The position numbers and the translations under genes are program-made. Positions 17,257 to 28,227 of a stretch of 64,000 bases of DNA are shown here, in pieces. Each line of letters begins with the position of its first letter. Within the stretch, counting starts at the first letter, position 1. Source of the DNA: a virus; the IMG/VR virus record IMGVR_UViG_3300023181_000029, positions 1-64,000 of that record; one strand, given 5' to 3'. The notes under the pieces are model-generated. The model ran no database searches. It saw only the letters and a program-made list of their open reading frames with translations, and was not told the origin of the DNA.

Positions 17257-19764
17257 TTGCCGGATTATTTAGCCAATCAGTTTCTCAATACGTCTGATTT
17301 TATGGGAGGGAACCACCCCTTTCCAGACGAGAATATTGACCCCAAAAAGAAAGGCAAGGATTACTGGTTAAAAGTAGTCTACGCTACTTGGCACCTATAC
17401 CTGAACAACAGGTGCATTGTGCCGTATAATTTCCCGTCAACAGGGTTTGATGATTCGGAATATTCTATAGACGAGCAACGCGCATATGCAACCGGCAAAA
17501 TAAACGTCAACAAATACAAGCCATTATTAGCGCAACTATCTAAATCAACGCACCCTGTATTGGCTGGCAAGACCATGATGAATATTTCATGGAGGCAGGT
17601 TCCTATCATTCCTAAGTTCGTAGACATTGCCAAGGGAATGTTTATGCAGATGGATTACGACTTCGACGTTAATTCTGTTGACGCGCGCGACGTAGAAGAA
17701 AAGGAATTGCAAAAGGCGTTCTATAAAGTAGAGCACAATATAGAGTACCGCAAGTTCGTAGCGGGCATGGAAGCATTGGGTGTTCAGGTAAATAAAGAGG
17801 CCAAGGATAAGTTTGAGAGTGAAGCCCAAGTAGACCTAGCAGCAATGATGGGCATGTTTAAGGTAGCTCACGAAGCCGAACTATACACAGCGCTTAAAGC
17901 TACTATGGACGCTAGTTCATGGGACATTATTAAGGATAAGCTGTTTGAGGATTTAATATCTGTTTCCAAGACTGCTACTTGCACATACGTAGAGCCTAGT
18001 ACCCAAACAGTAAAAACCCGTTGGGCTGATATACGCAATGTCATCAGCAGGAAGTCTCCGTATGAAGACGGTCGTACTATTGACTGGATAGGCGAAATAA
18101 GATACAATGTAACTATCTCAGAACTTCGTGAGCAATTCAAGGTCGAGGAAACTACATTGCGTAAAATAGTGAAGGACTATTCGCAGATGCGGAACTGGAA
18201 CGCCACCAATATATACAATACAGTATATCAGGGGCAGTCATACGCGCAGAACGGATTCTATAGTTACGATGGATTTGGTGTTGACTTGCTTGAACTATAC
18301 TATATATCCGGTGATACCGAAAAGTACACCGAGGTATACAATAAGAAAAAAGCCAGAACCTCATTCAATAAAGTAGGTAACGATTATCAGGAAAGCGAGG
18401 AAGGCAAGAAAGACGGCAAGAAACTGAGTACCGTTCGCGAGGAAAGACTATATAAGATAGTATGGGTTGTAGGCACTGACATATTAGTAGAATGCGGATT
18501 AGCGCACGATGTACCATATCAGGACGGCAAACCAATGTTGCCTATTCAGGTCTATGATACAAAAACCGTTTCCCTAGTTTCCAGAATGATAGGGTTTCAG
18601 GACGACATAAACCTTGCTACTTATAAATTTAGAAATGCACTAGCTAAAGTGCCGCCACCGCCACGCATGCAAGTAGAGCAACGTTCTATATCGAATGTTA
18701 CGCTTGGCGGCACTAAGATGAAGGAAACGGACGTTATTAATCTGTTCGGAGAATCGGGCTTATTCCTTATGAATAGCCTGAATGACCACCGCCAACCGAA
18801 TAGCGCGACACCCGGCAGACCTGTTACATACTTACAATCAGGTATAGCAGAAGACTTCGGAATGTTTATTCAGACCATAGACCACAACATCAATATGATG
18901 CGACTGGTAATAGGCATGAATGAAACCGCTGACGGTTCTACTCAGGGCGAAAGAAAAGCAGTAAGGGTAGCGCAAATGGAAATGAATAGCACTAATAATG
19001 CTTTGTTTCCTATACAGCGTGGCTATATATCAATCTTTGAGCGCACAATGGACGTTGCTATGTGCAAGTGGCAGATAGTAGCAAGCGGCGGCAAAGAAAT
19101 AAAATACAAGGGGCTTAATCAGTCTACTTACGATATTATTAAATTAGGCGCAACACATAGTGCGCGTAATTTCGGCTTAAAGGTTAAAATCCTGCCGACC
19201 AAAGAAGAACTGAAACAATTCTTGGTGAATATCGAGAACATGTACGCAGGTCGCCAACAGACAGGACAAGGCGGTATTAGCTACGAAAAATACATCATCC
19301 TCACTAGAATAATTCAAACCGGCAACCTAGACCTTGCTCAGTTGATGGCTGTTCAATTGGTCAACAAGCAACGCCAAGAAGACGCAGAAACCAAAGCGCA
19401 GGATGTACAACTAAATGCTGACCAGCAAATACAATCAGCACAAGCCGCCAACGAAATGAAGATGGGCGAAATCCAGATGGAAATCGACCTGCAACTCAAG
19501 GCTGATATGCAGATGAAAGATTTGGATTTCCAAATGAAAGAACTGGAATCGCAACTTAGAATGCAGGAAATGATTTTGCAAAGTAAACTTGCAAAAGGCG
19601 AAATAGAAACTGTAGAGCAGTTTGAAACTATGCGCACCACTATGAAGTTAGCTATTCAGGAACAGAAGGACGCTTTAATGGCGGCAACTCAAATAAAGAT
19701 AGCTGAAATATCCGCAGCAGCTAAGAAACAAACTGCTAACAAATCGAGCAAGAAAGTTGCGTAA
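17257..19764 (+). CDS. Portal protein
   Basis: VPIIPKFVDI, SLVSRMIGFQD, IGMNETADGS motifs; long coiled-coil barrel; follows terL. Confidence 0.85.
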   Translation: MPDYLANQFLNTSDFMGGNHPFPDENIDPKKKGKDYWLKVVYATWHLYLNNRCIVPYNFPSTGFDDSEYSIDEQRAYATGKINVNKYKPLLAQLSKSTHPVLAGKTMMNISWRQVPIIPKFVDIAKGMFMQMDYDFDVNSVDARDVEEKELQKAFYKVEHNIEYRKFVAGMEALGVQVNKEAKDKFESEAQVDLAAMMGMFKVAHEAELYTALKATMDASSWDIIKDKLFEDLISVSKTATCTYVEPSTQTVKTRWADIRNVISRKSPYEDGRTIDWIGEIRYNVTISELREQFKVEETTLRKIVKDYSQMRNWNATNIYNTVYQGQSYAQNGFYSYDGFGVDLLELYYISGDTEKYTEVYNKKKARTSFNKVGNDYQESEEGKKDGKKLSTVREERLYKIVWVVGTDILVECGLAHDVPYQDGKPMLPIQVYDTKTVSLVSRMIGFQDDINLATYKFRNALAKVPPPPRMQVEQRSISNVTLGGTKMKETDVINLFGESGLFLMNSLNDHRQPNSATPGRPVTYLQSGIAEDFGMFIQTIDHNINMMRLVIGMNETADGSTQGERKAVRVAQMEMNSTNNALFPIQRGYISIFERTMDVAMCKWQIVASGGKEIKYKGLNQSTYDIIKLGATHSARNFGLKVKILPTKEELKQFLVNIENMYAGRQQTGQGGISYEKYIILTRIIQTGNLDLAQLMAVQLVNKQRQEDAETKAQDVQLNADQQIQSAQAANEMKMGEIQMEIDLQLKADMQMKDLDFQMKELESQLRMQEMILQSKLAKGEIETVEQFETMRTTMKLAIQEQKDALMAATQIKIAEISAAAKKQTANKSSKKVA

Positions 19765-19780
19765 TTCAGAAATTTAAATA

Positions 19781-19788
19781 TACATTTG
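19781..19788 (+). promoter_or_regulatory. -7 promoter box, near-leaderless
   Basis: TACATTTG 4 nt before ATG; TTGC at 19757..19760. Confidence 0.6.
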
Positions 19789-19792
19789 TATC

Positions 19793-20803
19793 ATGGGAGA
19801 AAATAGTGCCACAATGGATTTAGTTGCCGCAGCCGTTCAACGCGCTAGTGGGCAAGAACAATCAGTTCAACAAGAACAGCAGGCTCAAGAAACCACGCAA
19901 GAACAGTCAGCTACAGAGCAGGCGCAAGAGCAACAAACTACTACTGTTACAGAAAAACAATGGTGGGAATCAGTAGAGAATCCAACAGAGTTCCTTGAAA
20001 ACGCTAACAAGTACAAAGAGATAGCCCCAAAGGTTACTGAGTACGAAGAAAAGTTAAAGGGCTACGAAGGGTACGTTAAACCAGCCAACGATTATGTAAA
20101 AGGATTAAACGACCTTTTATCGAGTGGCGCTGACGAAGGTAAGATACGTGCTTTTCAAAAGGTAAACACGGTAGCTTTCGACAAACTCAACCCCATAGAT
20201 AAGGTTTCGCTTCAATTGCAACTTGATAAAGGTTGGGATGAAGACCGCGTTCAGTATGAGTTGGGCAAAAAATACAGACTTGATCCTGACGTATATACAG
20301 AGGATGAAGTAAGTGATTCAAAGCGCCAATTACAATATGACGCTCAGGACGCTGAAAAATTCCTAGGTGACTACAAGAAAAATTTTGAGATACCAAATCC
20401 TGCCAAAGAACAAGAACAACTTGAACTAAGGGCGCAGGAAAATCTCAGGGAACTGGATAAAATAGTGCCGCAGTTTAAGTTTGAAGGAGTAAAAGTTGGC
20501 GACTTAGAATTTAAGCCAACTGACGAATTCAGCCGACAACTGCCGGAAATGACTAAGAATTTAATGATACAGTTTGGGATACCGCCGACCACGGAGGGTC
20601 TTGAAAAGGTTAGACCTGCTGTAGAAGCTGCTTACAAGGCAGCGAGCTTTGAGAATGCCGTAAAACATGCTGCTGACGAAAGGGAAAAAGCTGTACGCGC
20701 TGAATATAACAACCCGTCTAGGGACAGACGCGGTGAAGAGCAAGGACAGATAACTACCGATAATCAGAAAATAGCACAAGCGATATTGTCAATGCGTAAG
20801 TAG
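19793..20803 (+). CDS. Putative scaffolding protein
   Basis: Acidic Q/E-rich helical protein between portal and capsid. Confidence 0.6.
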   Translation: MGENSATMDLVAAAVQRASGQEQSVQQEQQAQETTQEQSATEQAQEQQTTTVTEKQWWESVENPTEFLENANKYKEIAPKVTEYEEKLKGYEGYVKPANDYVKGLNDLLSSGADEGKIRAFQKVNTVAFDKLNPIDKVSLQLQLDKGWDEDRVQYELGKKYRLDPDVYTEDEVSDSKRQLQYDAQDAEKFLGDYKKNFEIPNPAKEQEQLELRAQENLRELDKIVPQFKFEGVKVGDLEFKPTDEFSRQLPEMTKNLMIQFGIPPTTEGLEKVRPAVEAAYKAASFENAVKHAADEREKAVRAEYNNPSRDRRGEEQGQITTDNQKIAQAILSMRK

Positions 20804-20834
20804 GTAATAAGCCAAAACGGGATATTCCCAGATT

Positions 20835-20861
20835 TTGGGTTTTTAACACATAAAAACCCAA
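20835..20861 (+). promoter_or_regulatory. Hairpin in capsid gene leader
   Basis: TTGGGTTTTTA-ACACA-TAAAAACCCAA, perfect 11-bp stem 7 nt before ATG. Confidence 0.6.
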
Positions 20862-20868
20862 CAAAACA

Positions 20869-22323
20869 ATGCCTTATAGTAACAACGTAAACCCTAACCC
20901 CGCAAACTCGCAAGGTGTTAGGCTTCCCGTGGGCACAGTAGGCGGCGGTGCAAACTCCGGCGCGATACTAGATGCTTACGATGAATCAATTTTCCCTCTT
21001 GACAACTTACTACAGTTGTTCCAGCAACACGGCGTAAAGCCCGGCTACCGCATGGCGCTAAAATCAGTAGGGTTCAACCTGCCGGTAAACACGCTTGGCA
21101 CAAGTCACTTTGAAACCTCATGGTACAAAAACAACGTAACCGTAGGCTCAATAGTAACCCCTGCCGCCGGTGCTGGTAATGACATGGTAATTGCTATTGA
21201 CCCTGATGATATGTGGTCTGTGCCGGTTGCCGGTAATACCCTGAGGTCTTCTTATCCAAAAGAAGGCGATGTGCTAGTATTTGACGCAGGTATAAACGCC
21301 CGTGTTCAATCTAAGAACACATCTGTTAACCCTCACCAACTGACACTTACCCCTGTACTTGCGTCTACTGACCTTGACAGCTACGTGGTTTCTGGTGGTA
21401 CTTATTTCATAAGTCACAACTCGAACCCAGAAGGCGCTCAAATGGGTAAAGGCCGTCAAACCCGCGTATTCAAATACACCAACTCTCTAGTAGAGATACG
21501 CGAAGCAGCTTTCACCTCTGGTACTGCGCTAACACTTGGCACTGCGTTCCAGCCTGTGCCGGGTCAGGATGGCACTTTCTTTATGCTAGTACAGCAACAA
21601 ACTACCCAACGCTTCGAGGATTCATGCTCGAACGCATTGCTGTTTGGTACTAACTCAAACAACGTGCAAACCGTATCTCCGGGTCTTGGATACACCGTTA
21701 ATGTACCGGATACCGAAGGTCTTGTAACATGGGCTTCATTATATGGTCATGGCGTTCAAACCAATCCGGGTTTCACCACCTTTGCAGATTGGAAAGAATC
21801 GCAGCAAACTATCGTGAACGAGCAAGTACCTACCGATACTTACTTCGCATGGCAAGGAAACAGGGCTTACACAGACGTTATAGACGTTTTGCGTGATTAC
21901 CTAGGCGACGTTGACAGGTTCGCAGAAGGCACAGGAAATGACATCGCAGTTAAAGTAGGTTTCAAGTCTATTGAGTACGGCGGCATCAAGTTCATGTTCA
22001 AGAAACTGCACGAATTTGATGATATTAAAGGTGCAGGTGGCCCCGGCTATCAGTTCACTAACTGGTCAATACTTACACCTAACTATATGGTGGAGGGACG
22101 CGACCAAGCAGGTGCAGCTAAAGCAATGCCGTCTATAGGTTACGTATACCGTTCTTACCAAGGCTACAACCGTGAAAACATCGTAAGGATGCAAGACGGT
22201 ACTGGTCTATCTGGCAAAATGGTTAACACTGACCTTGACATGCAGAAAGTAGAGTACAGCGCGAACATCGGCGCTCACTTCGGTTGCCCTAACCAAGTAA
22301 TTGTAATGGCACCAAATATTTAA
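20869..22323 (+). CDS. Major capsid protein
   Basis: 484 aa, position after portal/scaffold, NALLFG and TEGL motifs, GC hairpin downstream. Confidence 0.8.
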   Translation: MPYSNNVNPNPANSQGVRLPVGTVGGGANSGAILDAYDESIFPLDNLLQLFQQHGVKPGYRMALKSVGFNLPVNTLGTSHFETSWYKNNVTVGSIVTPAAGAGNDMVIAIDPDDMWSVPVAGNTLRSSYPKEGDVLVFDAGINARVQSKNTSVNPHQLTLTPVLASTDLDSYVVSGGTYFISHNSNPEGAQMGKGRQTRVFKYTNSLVEIREAAFTSGTALTLGTAFQPVPGQDGTFFMLVQQQTTQRFEDSCSNALLFGTNSNNVQTVSPGLGYTVNVPDTEGLVTWASLYGHGVQTNPGFTTFADWKESQQTIVNEQVPTDTYFAWQGNRAYTDVIDVLRDYLGDVDRFAEGTGNDIAVKVGFKSIEYGGIKFMFKKLHEFDDIKGAGGPGYQFTNWSILTPNYMVEGRDQAGAAKAMPSIGYVYRSYQGYNRENIVRMQDGTGLSGKMVNTDLDMQKVEYSANIGAHFGCPNQVIVMAPNI

Positions 22324-22335
22324 TCAACCAAGGAC

Positions 22336-22357
22336 GGGGCGGCGTAACAACCGCCCC
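22336..22357 (+). terminator. GC-rich hairpin after capsid gene (no U-tract)
   Basis: GGGGCGG-N8-CCGCCCC. Confidence 0.55.
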
Positions 22358-22377
22358 TAACCCTTAAAACAAGGACA

Positions 22378-23535
22378 ATGCTATACGTAGATAATGTAAA
22401 AGTATCAGCTAAAGAGCTGGAAGACAGGTTTAAAGTTACCTTGCCAAAAGCAGAGGTATTGACTTTTGAATTAACTCCAAGAAAGAGGAAATTCAGCTAT
22501 GACAACAACGTAGAGGTTCACCCGCCATCAATAAAGATAAGGAGTTATTTTTCTGCTTCTGATAACACGGGTCAATCATGCGAGATTCGTTTTGCTACTG
22601 GTTCACCGGTTCGCAAAAAAGACAGGAATGGTAACGTTGATATGGAGTTCCCAGAGAACTTTATTACGTGGTCTGGAAAGACAATGATATTCGACCCTAT
22701 CCGCGATAGAGAAAGAGTTCTATACTTGTATTTGAATGAGGCTTGCGGTAATAGCCCGTTCTGTGCTAAAAAAGACAAAGCTACTTATGCGATTAAAGAC
22801 TTTAACGCAGAGGCAGAACAAGAAAACCTAAAAGACGACTACCTGCTTGACGCACTTACTATTGTTTCTCAATTGAGCGACGAAGACTTGCGTTTCAGGG
22901 CTAAAGGCCTTGATATACATAGCGTGGACAAAATGACCACCGAACAAGTTAAAAGAGAACTTAATACCCGCGCTAAAACTAATCCGTATGAGTTTATACG
23001 ATTAATGAAAGGTAAGGAAATAAAAGTTACCGGAATTATCAGGAACGCTATCGACAAGCAAATAGTAATTGTCAAGAAAGTAGACCTGAATGATTCATGG
23101 GTGTGGAATCACGGGATACAGAAAGGAACGTTTATGTGCGTGGTTAAACCACAACACAGAGGCAAGCCTAGCGTATCACTGATAGAGTTCTTGCAAACAT
23201 CTGGCAACGAGGACTGGTACGGTAATATTATGACCGCCAATGCAGAAACTAATACCAGTTCCAATATATCGAAACTGGCTGACATGACACCTGATGATGA
23301 TATTGGCGGTGTTGCTGAGAATATAAGCGACAAAGACCATTACTCTATAGGTATAGCCAAAGGGGTGCTCCAATTGGACGGCAACACGGTATATACCAAA
23401 AACAAAGGTAACGGCGAGCGTAAAGATATAATGACGTTCAGCGAAAACGCAAAGACTGAATTTAACAACTTCATCGTTAAGCCTGAAAACGGTAAAATGA
23501 TGCGTGAAATAAACCTTAAAATAAGCAAAGCCTAA
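22378..23535 (+). CDS. Hypothetical protein following capsid gene
   Basis: 385-aa ORF; position only. Confidence 0.6.
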   Translation: MLYVDNVKVSAKELEDRFKVTLPKAEVLTFELTPRKRKFSYDNNVEVHPPSIKIRSYFSASDNTGQSCEIRFATGSPVRKKDRNGNVDMEFPENFITWSGKTMIFDPIRDRERVLYLYLNEACGNSPFCAKKDKATYAIKDFNAEAEQENLKDDYLLDALTIVSQLSDEDLRFRAKGLDIHSVDKMTTEQVKRELNTRAKTNPYEFIRLMKGKEIKVTGIIRNAIDKQIVIVKKVDLNDSWVWNHGIQKGTFMCVVKPQHRGKPSVSLIEFLQTSGNEDWYGNIMTANAETNTSSNISKLADMTPDDDIGGVAENISDKDHYSIGIAKGVLQLDGNTVYTKNKGNGERKDIMTFSENAKTEFNNFIVKPENGKMMREINLKISKA

Positions 23536-25013
23536 TGGCAAACATAATCAGTCTGGATTTTACTGTCACGTTTGACCTCGATACTAACTCAGCCACAGTA
23601 GGCAAGTTTCTTATCGAGGACATAACGGGTTACGCTGGATTAGGTATAAATACCAACAACGTAATAGGATACTTCGACATAGTGTATCCTGACGGCACAA
23701 TAAGGACTGGTTCTTTTGGCTCGCCTGATATTTTAGGCTCTGCTTCATTGGAGTTTAACACCCTTGATATTCCAACGGATATTAACGGGGATTATCTTCA
23801 AGGGGATTACAGGTTTACATACTACGAGAGAACATCGGGCGGCGTACTGCCCGGTGATTCTCAATTAGCTCAGTCGTTTAAGTTCTGTCCACCAATACCT
23901 GTGAATGCTAATATATCTGTTACTACGGATTGTATACTGCATAAGATGTCTGTAGTGGATTTAACTATGTACCCGGCAACATCCGTTCAAAGTAAACTAA
24001 TAACGCTTACACCGCCGTTAAACACGGGTCAAACTACCGCTACTACTACGGGTTCAAATATTGTTTACCAATTCACGCATACAGGCGTGTATACGGTAAC
24101 GATTCAAAACCAAGTAACCGTAGTAAGTGGTAATTTCACTGTTGTAGGATTATGTGTAGCTACCAAGATGGTACAGGTTGACTGCAACGTCAATATGTGT
24201 AAGCTGGTTAACTGCTACAACGATTACATAACGGATGCAGAAGCAGCTATTGCTCAGTACGGCTCGTTAAACAAAATACCTAATAACACTTACTCTAAGT
24301 ACGAATTGATAGTAGGCTGGTATATAGGGTTTATTCAATCCTATAATTGCCAGTTATACGACGAAACTACGGCTTACTACAAGAAGCTAATTAAGGCGCT
24401 GAAATGTAATTGCGGTTGTTCTGGAAATGGCACACCTCAGTTGATTAACCCGTTCGGCCAAATCAATACTGGCCCCCCTGGCCCTCAAGGAGCAACTGGT
24501 GCTACCGGTGCTCAGGGCGCAGCAGGAGCACAAGGACAAGCGGGCGTATCTATTCTTTATAATTCTAACACGGATTCAGGGACAGGGGCTAACACCACTA
24601 ATACGGTGCTCAAAACATATACGCTGCCAGCCGATACTTTGAGTGATAATGGCGATGAGTTGCACATCCGCGCTATATTTAAAGTTGGCCTTAATGCCAG
24701 CGCTAAAACGATGCAGATATTCTTTGGCGACCTGTTATCTTCTGTAGGAAATCTTAGCGTTAATAACAACAATCTTTTCACTTATCGTTTTGAATTTAAT
24801 TGTGTTGTTTCGCGTCGCGGTGCAGCAACTCAAACGATATTTACGCAGACTATCCTTTATGGACTACCGACAAACACGGTACTGAATCAGTATACTGCTA
24901 CTAACGATTTTACCACTGCTTTAGTAATAAGAGCAACAGGACAGAATGGAACAGCTACAGCAAATGACGTTGTGTGCGAGCAATTAATGGTTGAATTACA
25001 CAAAACAGTATAG
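23535..25013 (+). CDS. Virion structural protein with Cys motifs and short collagen segment
   Basis: CNCGC motif, about 9 Gly-X-Y triplets, beta-rich C-terminal head. Confidence 0.65.
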   Translation: MANIISLDFTVTFDLDTNSATVGKFLIEDITGYAGLGINTNNVIGYFDIVYPDGTIRTGSFGSPDILGSASLEFNTLDIPTDINGDYLQGDYRFTYYERTSGGVLPGDSQLAQSFKFCPPIPVNANISVTTDCILHKMSVVDLTMYPATSVQSKLITLTPPLNTGQTTATTTGSNIVYQFTHTGVYTVTIQNQVTVVSGNFTVVGLCVATKMVQVDCNVNMCKLVNCYNDYITDAEAAIAQYGSLNKIPNNTYSKYELIVGWYIGFIQSYNCQLYDETTAYYKKLIKALKCNCGCSGNGTPQLINPFGQINTGPPGPQGATGATGAQGAAGAQGQAGVSILYNSNTDSGTGANTTNTVLKTYTLPADTLSDNGDELHIRAIFKVGLNASAKTMQIFFGDLLSSVGNLSVNNNNLFTYRFEFNCVVSRRGAATQTIFTQTILYGLPTNTVLNQYTATNDFTTALVIRATGQNGTATANDVVCEQLMVELHKTV

Positions 25014-26165
25014 ATGCCCCAGATACTACCTTATGAGTACATAGAGATAACCGCAGGTGGTGGCACTCTTAATCTTACCAACGATGATTATAAGTCTATA
25101 TACATCGCTTTTGGGGATACTACTTTAACTTCATCATGGACGGTACAATTGAATGGCGAGGAAACGCCTACTGTTGGAACTGTCTTTCAGTTTATATATA
25201 ACGCCACTATAGTTCTTAATGGCAACTCAATAACTTTCTTTGGCAAGGATATAGATAACTTCGCTGATAAAGTTTGTAAGATTACCTGCGTGTATGGGTT
25301 TGACGCTGATTTCGGCGACAATAAATGGAACGTAATAGTTAGCCCTGATTTTGAGGGCGTAGGGTTTATTGAAACAGAGGATATTGCTGATTCGGCGGTC
25401 ACCACTGCGAAGCTAGCAGCTAATGCAGTAACCACAGTTAAAATAACAGACGCAAACGTCACAGTATCAAAACTTGCTACCGATTCTGTTACTACTGTTA
25501 AAATCGTTGACGCAAACGTAACCGCTGCGAAACTAGCAAGTGACGCGGTAACAACAGTTAAGATACTTGATGCGAATGTAACGACAACTAAGATTGCTGA
25601 TTCCAATGTCACTACCGCAAAAATAGCTGACAGTAATATAACTACTGCGAAGATTAATGATTCAGCTGTAACTACAGGCAAGGTGGCTGATTTGGCTATT
25701 ACTGGCGCTAAACTAGCAGATACGACAATTACAGTAGGTAAAATTGCATCGAACGCAGTAACCAATGTAAAGGTATTAGCGGATACATTGCAGCCATCCA
25801 AGTCAACCCAATTGGCGAGAACCGAAGTAATCACAGCCTTTGTAAGTTTCGAAACAGCAGAACAAGGCACTTACAAAGTGTATTGTCCGTATAAAGGCAA
25901 CGTGACAAGCGCTGCATTTAGCGTAACAAAAGCGTTATCCAACACAGATGACGGCTCAATAATATTAAGGAATGACGCAGGAACCGTAATGACTGGCGGA
26001 ACTCTGACAGTTCCATTATCTAGTGCAATAGGAACCAACATAGAGGTATCGCCAAGCGCCAATAACGCAGTTGACCCCGGCGACTATATTCAGATGGTTA
26101 TTTCAAAAACCACAGTAGGCGGCAAAGGAACAATATTCATAGGTATAGAAAGACAAGATAGCTAA
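25014..26165 (+). CDS. Fibre-like structural protein with 10-aa repeats
   Basis: About 13 copies of (I/L)ADxxVTxxK. Confidence 0.7.
   Translation: MPQILPYEYIEITAGGGTLNLTNDDYKSIYIAFGDTTLTSSWTVQLNGEETPTVGTVFQFIYNATIVLNGNSITFFGKDIDNFADKVCKITCVYGFDADFGDNKWNVIVSPDFEGVGFIETEDIADSAVTTAKLAANAVTTVKITDANVTVSKLATDSVTTVKIVDANVTAAKLASDAVTTVKILDANVTTTKIADSNVTTAKIADSNITTAKINDSAVTTGKVADLAITGAKLADTTITVGKIASNAVTNVKVLADTLQPSKSTQLARTEVITAFVSFETAEQGTYKVYCPYKGNVTSAAFSVTKALSNTDDGSIILRNDAGTVMTGGTLTVPLSSAIGTNIEVSPSANNAVDPGDYIQMVISKTTVGGKGTIFIGIERQDS
25383..25790 (+). repeat. 30-bp-period coding repeat
   Basis: Degenerate decapeptide repeats. Confidence 0.75.
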
Positions 26166-26171
26166 TGTACT

Positions 26172-26858
26172 ATGATAGATGTAAACAGCGTAAAACTCCA
26201 AATAGATAATCTTTCTAAGAAAGACCAAGCTGGCTATTCTACTAAGGATGAATTTAACCTTGACCTAAACGCTGCGCAGACTTTCTTATTCCAATACTTT
26301 TACAAGCAGTATCAGGATAGCCAAAATGTCGTTGATGCGCTTGAGCCATTTCTTTTAGACGTTCAATTACCGGTTGCTATAGATGGGCGTGTTGATTACC
26401 CAGTAGATTACGCGCATTGGGCAGGCATGTATTTTAGGATGGTTAAAAATAACCCATGTAAAGACCCTACGGTATCATGGTTGCCTATTGACCTAATGAT
26501 GGCAAATGAGTTTGCGTACACGATGTCTAACTCAATTCGTAAGCCTAGCATTGAAAACGAGATACTTCGCTACAGAGCGGTTAATAACGCCATGTTTGTG
26601 TACCCGAATAACCTTAAGAATATTAAGTTGGTGTATTTTAGGAAGCCAATTGACGCGCTATGGAATACTATTACAGTAGTTACACCAACAGAGGACATAG
26701 AAGAATACGACCCTGCGACATCTATTCAATTAGAATGGAACAAAGAGCAGGAGCAGGATTTCGTGGATATAATGCTATTCTTACGAGGCATAGAAATACG
26801 CGAAACAGCATTGATACAGTTTGTTAAGCTAAAACAGAAAGAGGGTATCGTTAATTAA
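26172..26858 (+). CDS. Tail ring/adaptor protein 1
   Basis: KDQAGY..EFN, YFRKP..W motifs; position. Confidence 0.65.
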   Translation: MIDVNSVKLQIDNLSKKDQAGYSTKDEFNLDLNAAQTFLFQYFYKQYQDSQNVVDALEPFLLDVQLPVAIDGRVDYPVDYAHWAGMYFRMVKNNPCKDPTVSWLPIDLMMANEFAYTMSNSIRKPSIENEILRYRAVNNAMFVYPNNLKNIKLVYFRKPIDALWNTITVVTPTEDIEEYDPATSIQLEWNKEQEQDFVDIMLFLRGIEIRETALIQFVKLKQKEGIVN

Positions 26859-26860
26859 TT

Positions 26861-27478
26861 ATGGGCTACACTAAGCGCGAACTGGCAGACCAGATACTAT
26901 TAAAGGTCAACGGCGGCAAACCGTCGCAGGATACCCGTGTGCGCCGTGAAGACATCTACAAGTATGTTCCGGCAGCAGTTAATTACGCGATGACTAAGCA
27001 GTACTACATCAATAGTCAAGATGGGTACAAGCAATTACCCGATGATTTCATAGCTACTTATGAATCAGTGCCAGTTCAATTTAATGCCGCGCGTGAACTA
27101 TACTACGTGCAGTTACCAGCGCGAATAATATCATTACCTAGGAATATTGGGTTAGATACTATTAGCCCAATGAAAGGGTTTACTAACTTCGTTGAAACGT
27201 CATTTTCATCACGTCAATTAGATTCATATTCACTAAAACACATGGCTGACCAAGTGTTGTATTGGATAGAGTTTGATAAGGTTTACTTTGAACAGTTGTC
27301 GGATTTGGTTACTGAGTTACTTGTTCGAATGATTGCAAGTGTTGATGACCTAAGCCCTGACGACCAATTACCGATACCGCCGGGTATGGAGGTAGAAGTG
27401 CTGAAAATAGTAGAGGAATTTTTCCTTGAGCAGAGAAAGATACCAGCGGATACATTGGATAACAATAATAACAACTAA
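26861..27478 (+). CDS. Tail ring/adaptor protein 2
   Basis: Size and position; LPIP..PAD..NN end. Confidence 0.6.
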   Translation: MGYTKRELADQILLKVNGGKPSQDTRVRREDIYKYVPAAVNYAMTKQYYINSQDGYKQLPDDFIATYESVPVQFNAARELYYVQLPARIISLPRNIGLDTISPMKGFTNFVETSFSSRQLDSYSLKHMADQVLYWIEFDKVYFEQLSDLVTELLVRMIASVDDLSPDDQLPIPPGMEVEVLKIVEEFFLEQRKIPADTLDNNNNN

Positions 27479-28227
27479 TGCTGACGCTAGACGAATTGGT
27501 GCGAAATGTATGCGAGGAATCGGGGGATACTAAGTTTAAAATGTATCCTAAGTTTCTCAGGTTAGCGATACGCTGCTATCGTGACTTAGGGCTATTTGTG
27601 ATACCTACCATAAAATCCGTAGAGTTACCAATAAATAACAATAATACTGTAGACCTTCCGGCTGATTTTATATACCTAAATAAGGTAGGTATTTGCTGTG
27701 GTGGGCGCATTGTGACGTTATCGGTAGACGACTCGTTGTGTATCCCAGAAGAATTATGTTCGTGTGCTGATATAAACGAAGAAATTTCACACGTTAACGG
27801 GTGCTGTACTGGCGCAATCAACCCTAGTGGCACCACTGCCTTTTACGGGTGGAATGGTGGCTACGGCGAGCTATATGGACTAGGCGCAGGATACAACTGT
27901 TTAGGGTATTATCGTTTTGATAAAGAGAACCAAAGATTAATACTTAATTCGGGCTATCCAAATCAGCTGAAGCCCACTATAATTGTAGAGTATAAGGCTG
28001 ACGGAACCGCGAATGGGGTAAGATACGTACCAGCGGAGGCGCAGGAAACAATAATTGCTTGGATAAACTATAAACACTTTCTGCAAAGCAACAGGGGTGT
28101 ATCTGAATCGGAGTGGTACAAATACACCATTAACTACGATAAACTCATTAAGCTATACGGCTCAATGAATATGGAGGACTGGCATCATACAGTATTGCAA
28201 ACCATCAAATCCTCACCTAAAAGGTAA
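27478..28227 (+). CDS. Tail ring/adaptor protein 3
   Basis: IKSVEL..LPADFI..KVG, IVEYKADG motifs. Confidence 0.65.
   Translation: MLTLDELVRNVCEESGDTKFKMYPKFLRLAIRCYRDLGLFVIPTIKSVELPINNNNTVDLPADFIYLNKVGICCGGRIVTLSVDDSLCIPEELCSCADINEEISHVNGCCTGAINPSGTTAFYGWNGGYGELYGLGAGYNCLGYYRFDKENQRLILNSGYPNQLKPTIIVEYKADGTANGVRYVPAEAQETIIAWINYKHFLQSNRGVSESEWYKYTINYDKLIKLYGSMNMEDWHHTVLQTIKSSPKR

Noticed and set aside
25187-25870. 227-aa minus-strand ORF
   Set aside because: Antisense shadow of the repeat-coding gene
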